A stretch of DNA of 63,647 nucleotides, filler included, from Pirum gemmata (GCA_002812295.1; 13 parts of 13 records of this genome joined end to end with filler, not necessarily neighbours in it); one strand, 5' to 3'; shown: positions 36,602 through 49,386, counted from the first letter of the whole stretch. The notes: generated from the letters alone by a model not told the origin. Program-made: numbers and translations.

Positions 36602-38290
36602 TTAAAATTCGCTAAAAAATGGCAATTCGATGAAACGAAAGTAATTATAAACTTCATCCATAGAGGGCTCTGGCTTATTTGCTAAAACCTTAACACTTAC
36701 GTTGCTCAAGTTGTTTGTAATGGTTTCACTATTGTCAATATTACTTTTACTTTGTTCCACAGGCAATTCAAAATCTGACAGATCAATATAAAATTCAAAA
36801 TAAACACTTTCGTCGTTATTTTCTGTATATTTTTGATGTTGCGCTTCTTTAGAATTTTTCGATTGTTTCGTTTTTTTTGCTTTTTTCTCCGTACTAGAGG
36901 ATGTTGGCGTTAGTGAAATCTTTGTTGGGGATGTTTCTGGGTTGGATACTGCTCCTTTAAGTTTGTTTTTTTTAGTATTGCTGCAGCTGGTATTTGTATA
37001 CTCTACTGAATTGTCATCATTAAGTCTTTTTCCAAGTTTTTCACAACATGGCACATTATAATTTTCTACGTTATCATATGAATTGCTTAAATTTAAAGAA
37101 AATCTTTTTCGTGCTTTTTGATTAATAGACAATCTTCTCTTCTTCTTATCCGTCTCACTATTCTCACTCTCCACATCGACATCATCGTTCTCAAATTTAA
37201 GTGATTGTTTACTCAATGGTACCGTAATCTGCTCTTCTACTTGCGTTTGTTTTTGTGTTTGTTTTTGTGTTTGTAAATCTTGTGATTTTGATCTTAGGTA
37301 ACCACTAACATTAATAGACAATCTTCTCTTCTTCTTATCCGTCTCACTATTCTCACTGTCCACATTGATATCATCGTTCTCAACTTTAAGTGATTGTTTA
37401 CTCAATGGTACATTAATAGACAATCTTCTCTTCTTCTTATCCGTCTCACTATTCTCACTGTCCACATTGATATCATCGTTCTCAACTTTAAGTGATTGTT
37501 TACTCAATGGTACCATAATCTGCCCTTCTACTTGTGTTTGTTTTTGTGTTTGTTTTTGTGTTTGTAAATCTTGTGATTTTGATCTTAGGTAACCACTAAC
37601 ATTAATAGACAATCTTCTCTTCTTTTTATCCGTCTCACTATTCTCACTGTCCCCATCGATATCATCGTTCTCAACTTTAAGTGATTGTTTACTCAATGGT
37701 ACCGTAATCTGCTCTTCTACTTGCTTTTGTTTTTGCGTTTGATTTTGTGTTTGTAAATCTTGTGATTTTGATCTTAGGTAATCACTAACATTAATAGACA
37801 TTCTTCTCTTCTTCTTATCCGTCTCACTATTCTTACTGCCCACATCGATATCATTAGAAAAGGCTTCGGAATCAATGTTGGAATTTAAAGAAAGTCTTTT
37901 TAGTGCTTTTTGTTTCTTATTGTCAACGTTAAGTGGTTTTTTTCTTCTTGCAATTGGTGATGACGCTGTACTTTGCGAATTGGAAGCATTCAAAAAATCT
38001 GTAAGCACCTCCAATTGCAAATCTTCTAAATCGTCAATATGCAGTATATTCTGTTCAGAGTTTGATTGTTTTTCTTCTGTTTGCTTGTTCGAATAATCCA
38101 CATTAAGTAAGCTCTCTTCAGAATTTGTGTTAGTATTTTGTCTTTTTTTATGTTTGTACGTGTTACTTATTTTTTTCATAATACTCTTTTGTCTTCGTAG
38201 TGGTGTGGGTTGCGCTGAAGGGGGTGCATCGTCAACCTGGATCATGACTGGTATTTCCAGTGTCCTAGGTGGCATTGTGTCTGCTGTCAT
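36602..38290 (-). CDS. Intronless 562-aa low-complexity protein with internal 63-aa repeats
   Basis: Long uninterrupted ORF. Repeat spacing is 189, 102, 189 and 189 bp (all multiples of 3), and each repeat carries SETDKKKRR(L/M)SIN. Confidence 0.8.
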   Translation of the reverse strand: MTADTMPPRTLEIPVMIQVDDAPPSAQPTPLRRQKSIMKKISNTYKHKKRQNTNTNSEESLLNVDYSNKQTEEKQSNSEQNILHIDDLEDLQLEVLTDFLNASNSQSTASSPIARRKKPLNVDNKKQKALKRLSLNSNIDSEAFSNDIDVGSKNSETDKKKRRMSINVSDYLRSKSQDLQTQNQTQKQKQVEEQITVPLSKQSLKVENDDIDGDSENSETDKKKRRLSINVSGYLRSKSQDLQTQKQTQKQTQVEGQIMVPLSKQSLKVENDDINVDSENSETDKKKRRLSINVPLSKQSLKVENDDINVDSENSETDKKKRRLSINVSGYLRSKSQDLQTQKQTQKQTQVEEQITVPLSKQSLKFENDDVDVESENSETDKKKRRLSINQKARKRFSLNLSNSYDNVENYNVPCCEKLGKRLNDDNSVEYTNTSCSNTKKNKLKGAVSNPETSPTKISLTPTSSSTEKKAKKTKQSKNSKEAQHQKYTENNDESVYFEFYIDLSDFELPVEQSKSNIDNSETITNNLSNVSVKVLANKPEPSMDEVYNYFRFIELPFFSEF

Positions 38291-38929
38291 GTTTTGTTTT
38301 GTTTGTCTGATATTATTTTACTAGTGTTAGGATTATTAATTTTATTTTTATTGTTTTGAGAAATATTGTCTGTCTCACTATGTTTTCAAACTATCAACTT
38401 TAATTAAAAGAATTAATCGTCCATGATTTTTTTATCAATTTATTTCAGTTTTTCATTTAGTTTTTTTTTTTAAAATAAAATTAAATCAAGTAAAATAAAG
38501 TAAAATAAAATACAATAAATACAATAAATACAATAAATACAATAAATACAATAAATGCAATAAATACAATAAATACAATAAATACAATAAATACAATAAA
38601 TACAATAAATACAATAACTAAAATAACTAAAATAAAATATATTACATATACTAAATATAATAAATATGATAAATATGATAAGTATGATAAGTNNNNNNNN
38701 NNNNNNNNNNNNNNNNNNNNNNNNNNNNNNNNNNNNTTAATTAATTAANNNNNNNNNNNNNNNNNNNNNNNNNNNNNNNNNNNNNNNNNNNNGCCTAAGC
38801 CTAAGCCTAAGCCTAAGCCTAACTCTAACCCCTAACTCTAACCCTAATCCTAACCCTAACCCTAACCCTAACCCTAACCCTAACCCTAATCCGAACCCTA
38901 ACAACTATATACAACTATATACAACCAAC

Positions 38930-39543
38930 CTTTTCATCATCCAAACCATCATCGACATGCACAGACACAACAGTAATTTCTGGATAATTTGTTAACAAAC
39001 GTTTTACACCTTCAGGTGAGGATATTAGATTTAAAAATAATATTCTATTTTCATTAACTCCATTTTCTTTAAGGACTTCAATAGCTTTGCAAACAGTGCC
39101 ACCAGTGGCTGTATTAATATTTAAGAATTGATTTTTACGAAATAATTAATGGGATGTTCAATGTTATTGTTATTGTTATTGTTATTTTCATTGTTGTTAT
39201 TGTATACTGTTTATTGTTTATTGTTATTATTTATTGTTTATTGGTATTGTTTATTGCTTATTATTAATTGTTAATTGTTAATTGTTAATTGTTTATTGTT
39301 TATTGTTTATTGTTATTGTTTATTGGGCTAGGTAGAATGAAAAGGAAAATGAGGTTAGCAAAAAAATTAAAAACTAAAAATGTATTATTGTGACGTCATT
39401 CGTGCTAGCCCTATACTTCAGTCCCTATGATATAGTAAAGATTAAAAACATTTTTCTAATAATAATAAAAGCTTACCAAGAACAGGATCCATTAAAAGTA
39501 CATGTCGAGCATGAATATCAGGGGGGAACTTGGCATAGTATAG
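38930..39543 (-). CDS. UPRT: Uracil phosphoribosyltransferase, two internal exons (39543-39477 and 39108-38930)
   Basis: Spliced translation LYYAKFPPDIHARHVLLMDPVL-ATGGTVCKAIEVLKENGVNENRILFLNLISSPEGVKRLLTNYPEITVVSVHVDDGLDDEK contains the PRPP-binding DPxLATGG motif. Canonical splice sites. Confidence 0.88.
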
Positions 39544-39587
39544 CTGTAATGAGGAAAACAAACAAAGACAAACGAAAAACATTAATT

Positions 39588-39634
<47 letters not shown>

Positions 39635-39856
39635 AAAAAAAAACCAAAAAAAAACAAAAAAAAAAAAAAAAAAAAAAAAAAATAAATTTTTTTTAAAAAA
39701 AAAAAAAAAAACAAAAAACAAAACAAATGAACATCAAAAAATCCCAAAACAAAACCAAATACAGAAAAACAGCAAAGCAACAAGCAACAAGCAACATTAA
39801 GCAAGCAACAAGGAACTAACCCTAACCCTAACCCTAACCCAAGCTAACAACCAAGC

Positions 39857-39937
39857 CCCAACAACAACCAAGAGCCAACAACAACCAAGAGCCAACAACA
39901 TCAAAGAGCCAACAACAACCAAGAGCCAACAACAACC
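39857..39937. repeat. 17-bp minisatellite (CCAACAACAACCAAGAG)n
   Basis: Four to five tandem units followed by (CAAC)n. Confidence 0.8.
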
Positions 39938-40155
39938 AACCAACCAACCAACCAACCAACCAACGAGCCACTTAACCAGTCAACCAGCCAACCAGCCAAC
40001 CAGCCAACCAACCAACCAATCAACCAACGAGCCAAATAACTAACCACACACTTAACCTAAAAAAAAACCAAAAACCAAAAACCAAAACAAAACAAACAAA
40101 AAACAAACTAAAAACTAAAAAAAATAAAATGAAGAACCAACATAGCCGCTAGCCA

Positions 40156-40189
<34 letters not shown>

Positions 40190-40693
40190 GGATGAGGATA
40201 ATAATGATATTGATAACAATAATAACAGTAATAAAAACGATAAAATACTAAAGCATATTCCAACTAATTAGTTTGTATTTGTAGTGTTCTTTGTGTTTGA
40301 GATTGTTATTCTAGCTTTAGTCTGTAGCGTGTAACTTTAGACTTGTGACTTGTGGTGTGGCTTATGGTTTGTAATTTGTTTTGCAGTAAATTATAGTTAT
40401 GGTTTACGGTTTATGGTTTAGGGTTTAGGGTTTATGGTTTAGGTTTACGGTTTAAGGTTTAAGGCTTAGGGTTTAGGGTTTAGGTTTTGTAGTTTGTGGT
40501 TTGTGATTAAGAGCTTGTGGTATAAAGTAGAATATTTTGAGTTAAAGGGTGATTTTGTTAGGAATAAATGCTTTACTGAATTTAGTTTTCCATCAACGAG
40601 GTTAGATTTTCAAGTTTTAACAAATTTGTCAATCAGGGTTTGAAGGAATAGGGTTAGGTCAAAGAATTCGTCAAAATAATTATATATTTCCTA

Positions 40694-40914
40694 CCTCTCA
40701 TATCCCATGTGCCACCACTTTTAATATCGTCATGGTTATTTACAACGTCTATCTTTTTATTGCCAGTCGAATAAAACTCTACCTCAGCAAAAGAAAACTG
40801 CAGACCATTATCGACCGGAAAATCAAAACGTACCACATAATTTTCACTGCAAACTAAAAACACGTTGTGAATCAGTAGCAATCCATAAACCAACACAGTT
40901 TCGATGCTTAACAT
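40694..40914 (-). CDS. Probable first exon of an unknown secreted protein
   Basis: Signal-peptide-like start MLSIETVLVYGLLLIHNVFLVCS, then FSFAEVEFY..., with a GT donor after WDMR. No convincing next exon found. Confidence 0.45.
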
Positions 40915-42699
40915 TATATAATTTACAGTTAAATAAAACCTGTGTATGTACACATATGATATCTATATTGTGGCTACCTAGATTTTGGCTAAAGGTTATA
41001 GTGAAAGTTGAGATTCGCGTTAGGGTTGAGGTTAGGAGTTAGGATTGGGTTAGGGTTGGGGTTGGGGGACAAAGTTAGGATTGGAATAAAGATGGTAGGC
41101 AAATCACAGTTAATTAAACTACAGAGGCTGATGCAAGGGTACAAATCAGGACAAACCCGTAATAATTGTTAGACAACTAGGTTTTCGTCTTGATGTTACT
41201 TATGAAGTCTTAATGTTACTTAATGTTATTATCGTAGGCTCTACTTAAATAATATTTATTATAAAATTATTTGTTAATCTATTAGGTAGACTAAAGTTAA
41301 TCAAATCCATCAAGATAAAACTATGGAATAATAATAAACTAATTATTATTATTATTATTATTATTATTATTTGATATGATACTATACGATCAACCTATCT
41401 ATTTATAATAAAATGTAGTCTAATACCAGTAATATTATTATCTGATAATTAAAAATAGTGTAGTAATAATAATATTATTGTAGACTAGACTATCTACTTT
41501 TCATTTATTTTGTCTGAATATTATTTGGTAGGTTATAACGTTTAGTTGACATTTTTCTAAATGAATAAATAAATAATAAAATATACCAAATTAAATTAAA
41601 TCGATTTTTATTGTCTAGGAGCCAGCTACTAATAACATGGTAAAGAACGCCCTAGAAAGAACGCCTAACATATACCAACTTTTGAAAAGTGACCAAATTT
41701 TTTCTGGCGACTCGAATAATTTCGAACACACTAAGTTCATATATTCGAAATACAATATTATTATTACTAATGTCCCAAAAGGTTGGGGATTCCTACAGGG
41801 GATTCCTAATTTCCTAGACACAATGCACCAATAATAAAGTAATCTATGTTTTTTTTTCTAGGTTTTTTTTCTCGGGTTTTTTTTTAGTATGCATAGATCT
41901 ACTCCTAGACATGATATTATATGATAAAAAAATTAATAAAAAAAAAAAGACAAGGCATTGGCAAATGGCAATCCCCAATTCCTCGTGCTCAATGCTCATT
42001 GTAGCTAGCTCATTGTAGCAATTACTTGTACTTATTTTGTAGGGCAATGTACGCTTCTCCCAATTCTGATTTGTTTTTTTTTTTAAATTAAAAAATCTAC
42101 TTTTCGAGCCTATGCAAAGCTTCTCCCAATTCTGCTCTTTTTTAAAAATCGAGTTTTCAAGCCTATTTTGGCTTTTTTTTTTGAGCTTTCGGGCTCGAGC
42201 AGAATTGGGAGAGCAAAGCTAAACCACATAAACCAAAGTTTTTTCTTATTATATTATTACTACTATTTTATTATCATTGTTATTGTTATTGTTTTTGTTA
42301 TTGTTATTGTTTTTGTTTTTGTTTTTGTTATTGCTATTACTATTGTTATTGTTATTGATTGCTATTGTTATTGTTATTGTTATTGTTATTGTTATTGTTA
42401 TTGTTACTGTTATTGTTATTGTTATTGGTATTGTTATTGTTTATATTGTTATTTTTTTATTTTTATTTTTATAATAATATTTTTTCAGTATTTTTCTTGA
42501 AAAAGTCACGATAAAGTCACGTGTCATCAATAGCTCGATTCGATTTTTTTAGTAGGGATCCGAGTTTTTGAGTGAAAAAAATGGAACGACCTATTACGTA
42601 AAAATGGCGTTTTGGGCCGATGACTCCAGTTTTTTGGACAAAATCAAAGACTTTATTTCCTTCTTTGACCTTGACGAAATCCAACTCAGACCACCAGAC

Positions 42700-43132
42700 G
42701 TACTTTTTTTCGTCCGCTAACAACAAGGGACTCGACTTGAAGGGAGGCAGAATATATCTATTAGCTGTACTTACATTTTTACTTTCTGCAGGTATGTCTT
42801 TTTGTTCCTCTGCAATGTCTGCATAACCATCTGCATTTTGATGGTATCGATAATTATTATTATCACAAGCCTCAGTATATTCTGATCCATGTACAACATT
42901 GCTATCATTGTTAAATATAATTAGAATTATCACAAGGTTTTTGAGCATATTCTGTTCTATTTCCATCATTGCCATCAATGGCTTGATAATTATAATTAGT
43001 AAGAGGTTCAATATACTCTGATTCATTTAGATGATTGTTATCATTGTTATTATAATTATAATTAACATAAGTTTCATCACTTTGTCTGGTTTTATTAGTA
43101 TCATTATATTCACCATTATTATTTTGTACAAT

Positions 43133-43174
<42 letters not shown>

Positions 43175-43458
43175 CATAACGAATTCTTGTGCAGAAACAC
43201 CTTGCAATAAATCTTTTTTAATATTTGCTTTTCTATAATAGTAAAAACCAAATATTAAACAAACTAATAAAACAACGAACAAAACACCAATCGTAACCCC
43301 CACAATTAGCCCAATGTTAGCGGTATTGTTATCTTTGTTGGTCCCGTTCTCTATACAATAGTTATCCATTGCTAAATCAGTATTTCGAGTTATAGTTATT
43401 TTTGAAGTTTTTACCCAGCATTCCAAAGTTTGAGATTGATGGACTAAATTAACGATCC
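42700..43458 (-). CDS. Exon of a type I membrane protein (TM helix plus Tyr-rich cytoplasmic tail), apparent frameshift near 42915
   Basis: Acceptor tttcag| at 43459, TM segment IGLIVGVTIGVLFVVLLVCLIFGFYYY followed by RK. The tail repeats continue in the overlapping 42517-43026 frame. The 3' boundary is uncertain. Confidence 0.65.
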
Positions 43459-43471
43459 CTGAAAAAAATCA

Positions 43472-43502
<31 letters not shown>

Positions 43503-44220
43503 NNNNNNNNNNNNNNNNNNNNNNNNNNNNNNNNNNNNNNNNNNNNTTAATTAATTAANNNNNNNNNNNNNNNNNNNNNNNNNNNNNNNNNNNNNNNNNN
43601 NNAAAAAAACTACTGGTACCTGTGAGGGCTCGGCTTCATATTTTTTGAGTCAGATCATCCGATGCAGGAAAAAGTCCCGAATCATATTCTACTATTATAT
43701 TTTTTTGATTTTTTAAATTGGTCGAGTAATTTGAGTCGGGATTTTCGGTCGGTTTCGAGTATTTGATAAAAATAAAAAAAAATAAAAATAAAAATAAAAA
43801 TCTTTCATACCCTTCTGAGTTCTGATTCCTTACGCAGGTTGTTACCTTTCTTTGCCTTATTTAGTCACTCTTTCTTCTGGATGCTCGTAGCTCACCAGCC
43901 CTAGGCTCTGGCCACTGTAGCCTGGGTTACCCAGGGAGTCACTAGGTGCTATTATTAAAATTTTTTTATTTATTTATTATTTATTATTTATTTTAAAAAA
44001 TATGATAAAAAACTAAATTTAAAAAAATATATATATATATTGTAGTCTAATCTGTCAAATAATAATAATAATAATAAAAACTTACACACATAAATTTGAA
44101 AAAGAGACTTGTAACTGGTGAACACAAAAGTTCATCTGAGGTGTGAGCAGTTTTTTATCAATTAGTGGTTACAAACACCCCTGCTACAACTGTAGCTTTT
44201 AGTAGTGCTTCTTCTGTTAC

Positions 44221-44251
<31 letters not shown>

Positions 44252-47093
44252 GCTGCTGCTGCTACCACTTCTACCACTACCACTACCACTACCACTAACA
44301 CTACCACTACCACTGCCACCACTGCTACTACTTCTAGTAGCAGTAGCAGTAGTGGTAGTGGTAGTGGTAGTGGTAGTGGTAGTAGTTCTATCCGTTTAGA
44401 TTCTTTAAATAGTAGAAGTCAAGCCACTATCGATTCCCTTTGGGTTAATGCCACTAATGCGTCTTCATCTTCAACTGTCCGAAGCAGAAAATGGTTTTAA
44501 TCAATTAAATTTATTAAAATGAATGAAAAATGAGCGGAAAATGGNTTTTCACCATCATGTGCATGATCTTTTTCTTGACTTTGGAAACGATAGGTATGGG
44601 CTAAATGAGTGTCAGTGGGATATTGATAAACAAAGTACCAATATGTATCATCGTTGATATACGAAGAGCATGGCCCTTTTTTTTAAAAAAAATTAAAATA
44701 ATATTTTATCATTTCATTTTTCGAATAAGTACTCGAAATGTTAATTTTACTTATTCATTAAAATACGATTACATACTATGAATCTTTACAGATTCGGAGT
44801 TTATTAAAAACAAGGTTTGATAATATAAATTATTAGTTTTATAGTTTTATGATCATAATTAATTACCTTTACTTAGGGCAGCGTTGTTGTCATTTAAATG
44901 ATGTTGTAAGCAATAACTTACCTCAGGATCCGATAATTTATTTTCTATTGTATATCTTGTTTGCTGTACCCCTGGTATTATAGACGTTTTAAAATATTTT
45001 AGTGCAACATAAATAAAATATAGGTGGTATACAGTTACGTAGTGTTTATAAGGGCTATTAGTGTTGTAGTGCTGGCGGTGGTGGTACAATGCTCTCTTAT
45101 AAGCAGGGGAACAAAATTTAATAATAAATAAAAAAGTTGAATTATATTGATTGAAAAGAAATATGTACTAGGTTTTAAGGGTTAGATAAACACCTTCGGC
45201 AATATAGGTGAAAGCGCAAATTTCCCATTTTGCTGCAGAGCTGTTGTAGTATGACTCATCAGTGGTAGTTGTTAAATCACCATCTATGTATTTGTTGTAT
45301 AAAAAATAAATAATAAATAAGTAAAAGTTCCAGATGAAAGTTCTACTGTTATATCTGTTAGTTATGTAAAGTTTTCTATAATTGTACATTTTTATATATA
45401 AATTTAAAGTACGTAGTTTTAATAAATCTTAATGATCAAGTACAATTACTACCATTAATTAAACACTTTAGTTAGTCAGTAATACTAATAATTTTGTAAT
45501 ATTATTTTTAGCATAACAATGTAATAAAAACTAATAATATATATATCGTTATATAAAATTACTGTCGTTAAACATATAGCGAAGTTTTGTGCCGTTTCCA
45601 ACAGTATGATTGCTTTGCATTCTCGTTGTTACGCAGACTGTGCCCACCGGATTATCATCTCCTAATGCCCACTATGCAACAAAATTTAGTATTAATAAAA
45701 AATTGTAAAATATATTTAAAATATCATATGATTAGAAATTGTAATAACTAAATAAAAACAATAGTATTGTTTGATAATCATTTTTCCGATTTTAAAACAT
45801 CAGTATTTTATATAATTTACAATAAATATTAAATATTTTACACTCGTAATAACTATATTACTAACCAAAATACCGCTTTATAAGCATAGTTATAATAATG
45901 AACAATTAAATATTTATTATAAATAATAAATAAAATAGAACGATGTCATATTAGTCTTACTAATTGATGCTTGTTATTATATGATAAGGAATATAGCATT
46001 AGAAGTTAGGACTAAGGTTTAGGAAAAAATTTGAAACCTGGACTTCAGGAACATAAAGAGCAAATACATAAGTAGCTTTTAATACAACTGCCAGGACAAA
46101 ATAGCAGGAAAAGTTTGCTAGTGATGTCATACTCTTCTATGTACAATATTAATTAAAATGTATTGTGGTTTATTATAACTTTTAAAAAACTAAATTTATG
46201 TTTTAATTAATTGAATAATATTAAATTTTACTAAGCTATTTATTTATTTTTTGCTTGTTTGGGTTGTATGCTTTTTTCATATACTTTCGTTTTTTTTTTC
46301 GTTTTTGTCTGTTTTTGACTTTTGTTATTGTTTTTACCTTTTGTTATGTTTTTGCCTTTTTTTTTTGGTTTTGTTTTTGTGTACTTTGGTTTTGTGTATT
46401 TTTTTATTACAATAATCTCTTTAACTTCACCCTTATATACTGGTACTCTACATCAATTTTTACAATATGACTTTTTTACATTACTGACATTTTGCAGTCT
46501 ACCATAATATTATATCATTAGCCCACTATCAAAAATTGATATATAAATTTAACAACTATAAATGTAACTAAGATGTTAAATATAGATTTATCTATTTTTA
46601 TTTATTTAGTATTTAAAAATATTATTTGATGGATATTGTGTTATAAAAATACTATTATAACTCTATTACCTGTATCCTTCTATCGGGTAGAGTGACGGTG
46701 ACGGTGACGGTGAGTCGGAGTGTCAAATCCAAGGTTTTTTCGAGAAATTTACCGCCCGGTCGATTAGTTTTCGTTTCCCGGCTGCCTGAGGAACCGACCA
46801 TTTTGCTATGTTTTTGGGTACTTTTCCAAATTCCCCATTTTCTGCTCATTTTTCGTTGATTTTAAATTTAAAATTAATTAAAACCATTTTCTGCTTCGGG
46901 CTGTTGAAGATTATTCCAAAAGAAATTGATATTGGCTTGACTTCTACTATCTAAAGATTCTAAACGGATAGACCTTGGGGTGAAGGAACCAGATCTATCG
47001 TAGTCTATCAGACTATTGATAAATTTTTTTCTTTTTGGTTTTGTTTTTTTACAAATGTGATACAAACCCTATACAGCCTATTAGCAGGCCCAC

Positions 47094-47237
47094 GGAACGT
47101 TCAAATAATACGTCACGTCAAGGGGTAGGTAGGTAGGTGCTATTTGACCGGAAATAAATGTCGAGGGGTAGGTAGGTAGGGGTATTTGAAGCTGTATTTG
47201 ACTGGAAATTGGCGTTACGTAGTATTTGAACGCTCCC
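47094..47237 (+). mobile_element. MITE family C copy
   Basis: ggaacgttcaaataatacgtcacgtc ... gtagtatttgaacgctccc, followed by CCCTAA repeats. Confidence 0.8.
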
Positions 47238-49386
47238 ATACCCTAACCCTAACCCTAACCCTACCCACTCCCCCCCCCCAGTCCCCTTAGGACTTTCCCG
47301 ACCGACCGACCGACCGATCCGAGCTCACACTTTTGTCCCGCCCAACCCGATGTCGGGCGCGGATTTGACATCACACTAGTACTAGTAGACTTTTTTTTGT
47401 TCAGTCACACAGACTTTATTTATATTTATTTATAGTACATAATATTATTCTACACAATAATTGCAATATAATAAATACATAATAATAATATTATGTAGAT
47501 ATATAATAATATAAGTATTGAATAACAGTATTTACATATTACACTATATATGGTATAAGAGTGTATCTGTATAAGTGTAATAGTATTCTAAAAATAATAT
47601 AATATTAAACTTAAAAAAAAAATAATATTGTTAAAAAAGGAATCTGATTTCTACTACAATGTTGTTTATAACAGTTACTATCGATATATCATAATATAAT
47701 TATATAAACATTATAATCCTTTTTACTAAATAAAAGTAATTTTGGCTGAAACAACATTTTCGGGCGGGTGAAAGTTAGCCTAACCCTAACCCTAACCCTA
47801 ACCCTAACCGTGGAACAACCGGTCCAACCCTAACCCTACCCCTAACCCCTAACCCTAACCCTAACTGTGGAACAATATAATTTTAGGCCTAATAAATAAG
47901 TATTTGCGGTTGGAACAATGTGTAAGTAAATATTGGCGGCTAGCTAGAACCTAGCTAGAACAATTTAATAATGCAGTATCGATAATAAATTTATTATAGA
48001 ATATGATTATTTATAATAATATATTTGCTGGAGCAAGTGTGATTCTGTGTGAATCAATTCAGATTCGCTTTTTAAACGTTACTCTGGCAAGCGTTAGACA
48101 TAACAATAGGTAGCATACGACTCTAAGCATAAGAGTAAGAGTGCCTAAATAGAACAGCATATTTATAAGAAGTTATTTTTTTAACTTCGAAGAGTTCCCA
48201 CGTCGTCAGTCAACAAATCATTTGTATGGGGTTCATAAAACTTTGATAATATAAACTCGACGGCTATAAGGTATGTAAATAAAATAATAAAATAATATTA
48301 TAATGCAAAAACATATTATAATAATACAATAATACAATAATAAATTGTTAGTTAAAATAGTAAGATTAAAATAATTATAAGGTAGCATAAAATAATATTA
48401 CAATGAAAAATATATTATGATAATACAATAATGATAATGTTAAAATAAGCTTAGTACAATAAAGATTATATATACAATTAAAAAATAATACTATAATACA
48501 TTATATTTATAATACGATAATACAATACAGACTCATACAGTAACACGGTAATACAATACGACAATATATTAATTAATACCATAATACGATAATATGATAA
48601 TACGATAACATAATACGATAATAATGTGATAAACTATATTACACTATATTACAACAAGATAGAATAATACAGTACAAAATAACATTTTGATATAGTTGCA
48701 TAATAATACAACAATCCCCAACTACAATGATACAATAATACAATAATACAATAATACAATAATACAATAATACAATAATACAATAATACAATAATCTGGT
48801 CTAGTACTTTTCAATTGCAGTCTACCAATTTCATGTTCATTAATTCAATTTCATAAAAGTCAATTACACCAGGGTTTCGCTAGAGACTCTTAAAGTCATG
48901 TTAGTTATTTTGATATTATTTTAATATTATATATACATGATATTTTTATTCATCGATTCAAAAACCCCAAGAAAACTGGGGGTCTTTGAAGTGTCTTTGA
49001 TCAATTACAAGTCTAATTACAAGTCTAATTACAAGTACACCTGATAATTTTTATAAATATTCAGAGAACAAAAAACAAAAATTCTAGGTCTTTGATTTCT
49101 CACAAAATTTATTCTAGTCTTGGGTGTTTTTGTGTATTTTTTGGGAAGGTACCCTATTTTCCATATTAGGTTTGCTTNNNNNNNNNNNNNNNNNNNNNNN
49201 NNNNNNNNNNNNNNNNNNNNNTTAATTAATTAANNNNNNNNNNNNNNNNNNNNNNNNNNNNNNNNNNNNNNNNNNNNATTATTATTTTATTATTATGATC
49301 ATATTATTTTGTATTAATATTATTACACTATTATTACTATTGTGGGATAAAAGAAAATACTAAATTGTTCGAATTTTAACATGTAG

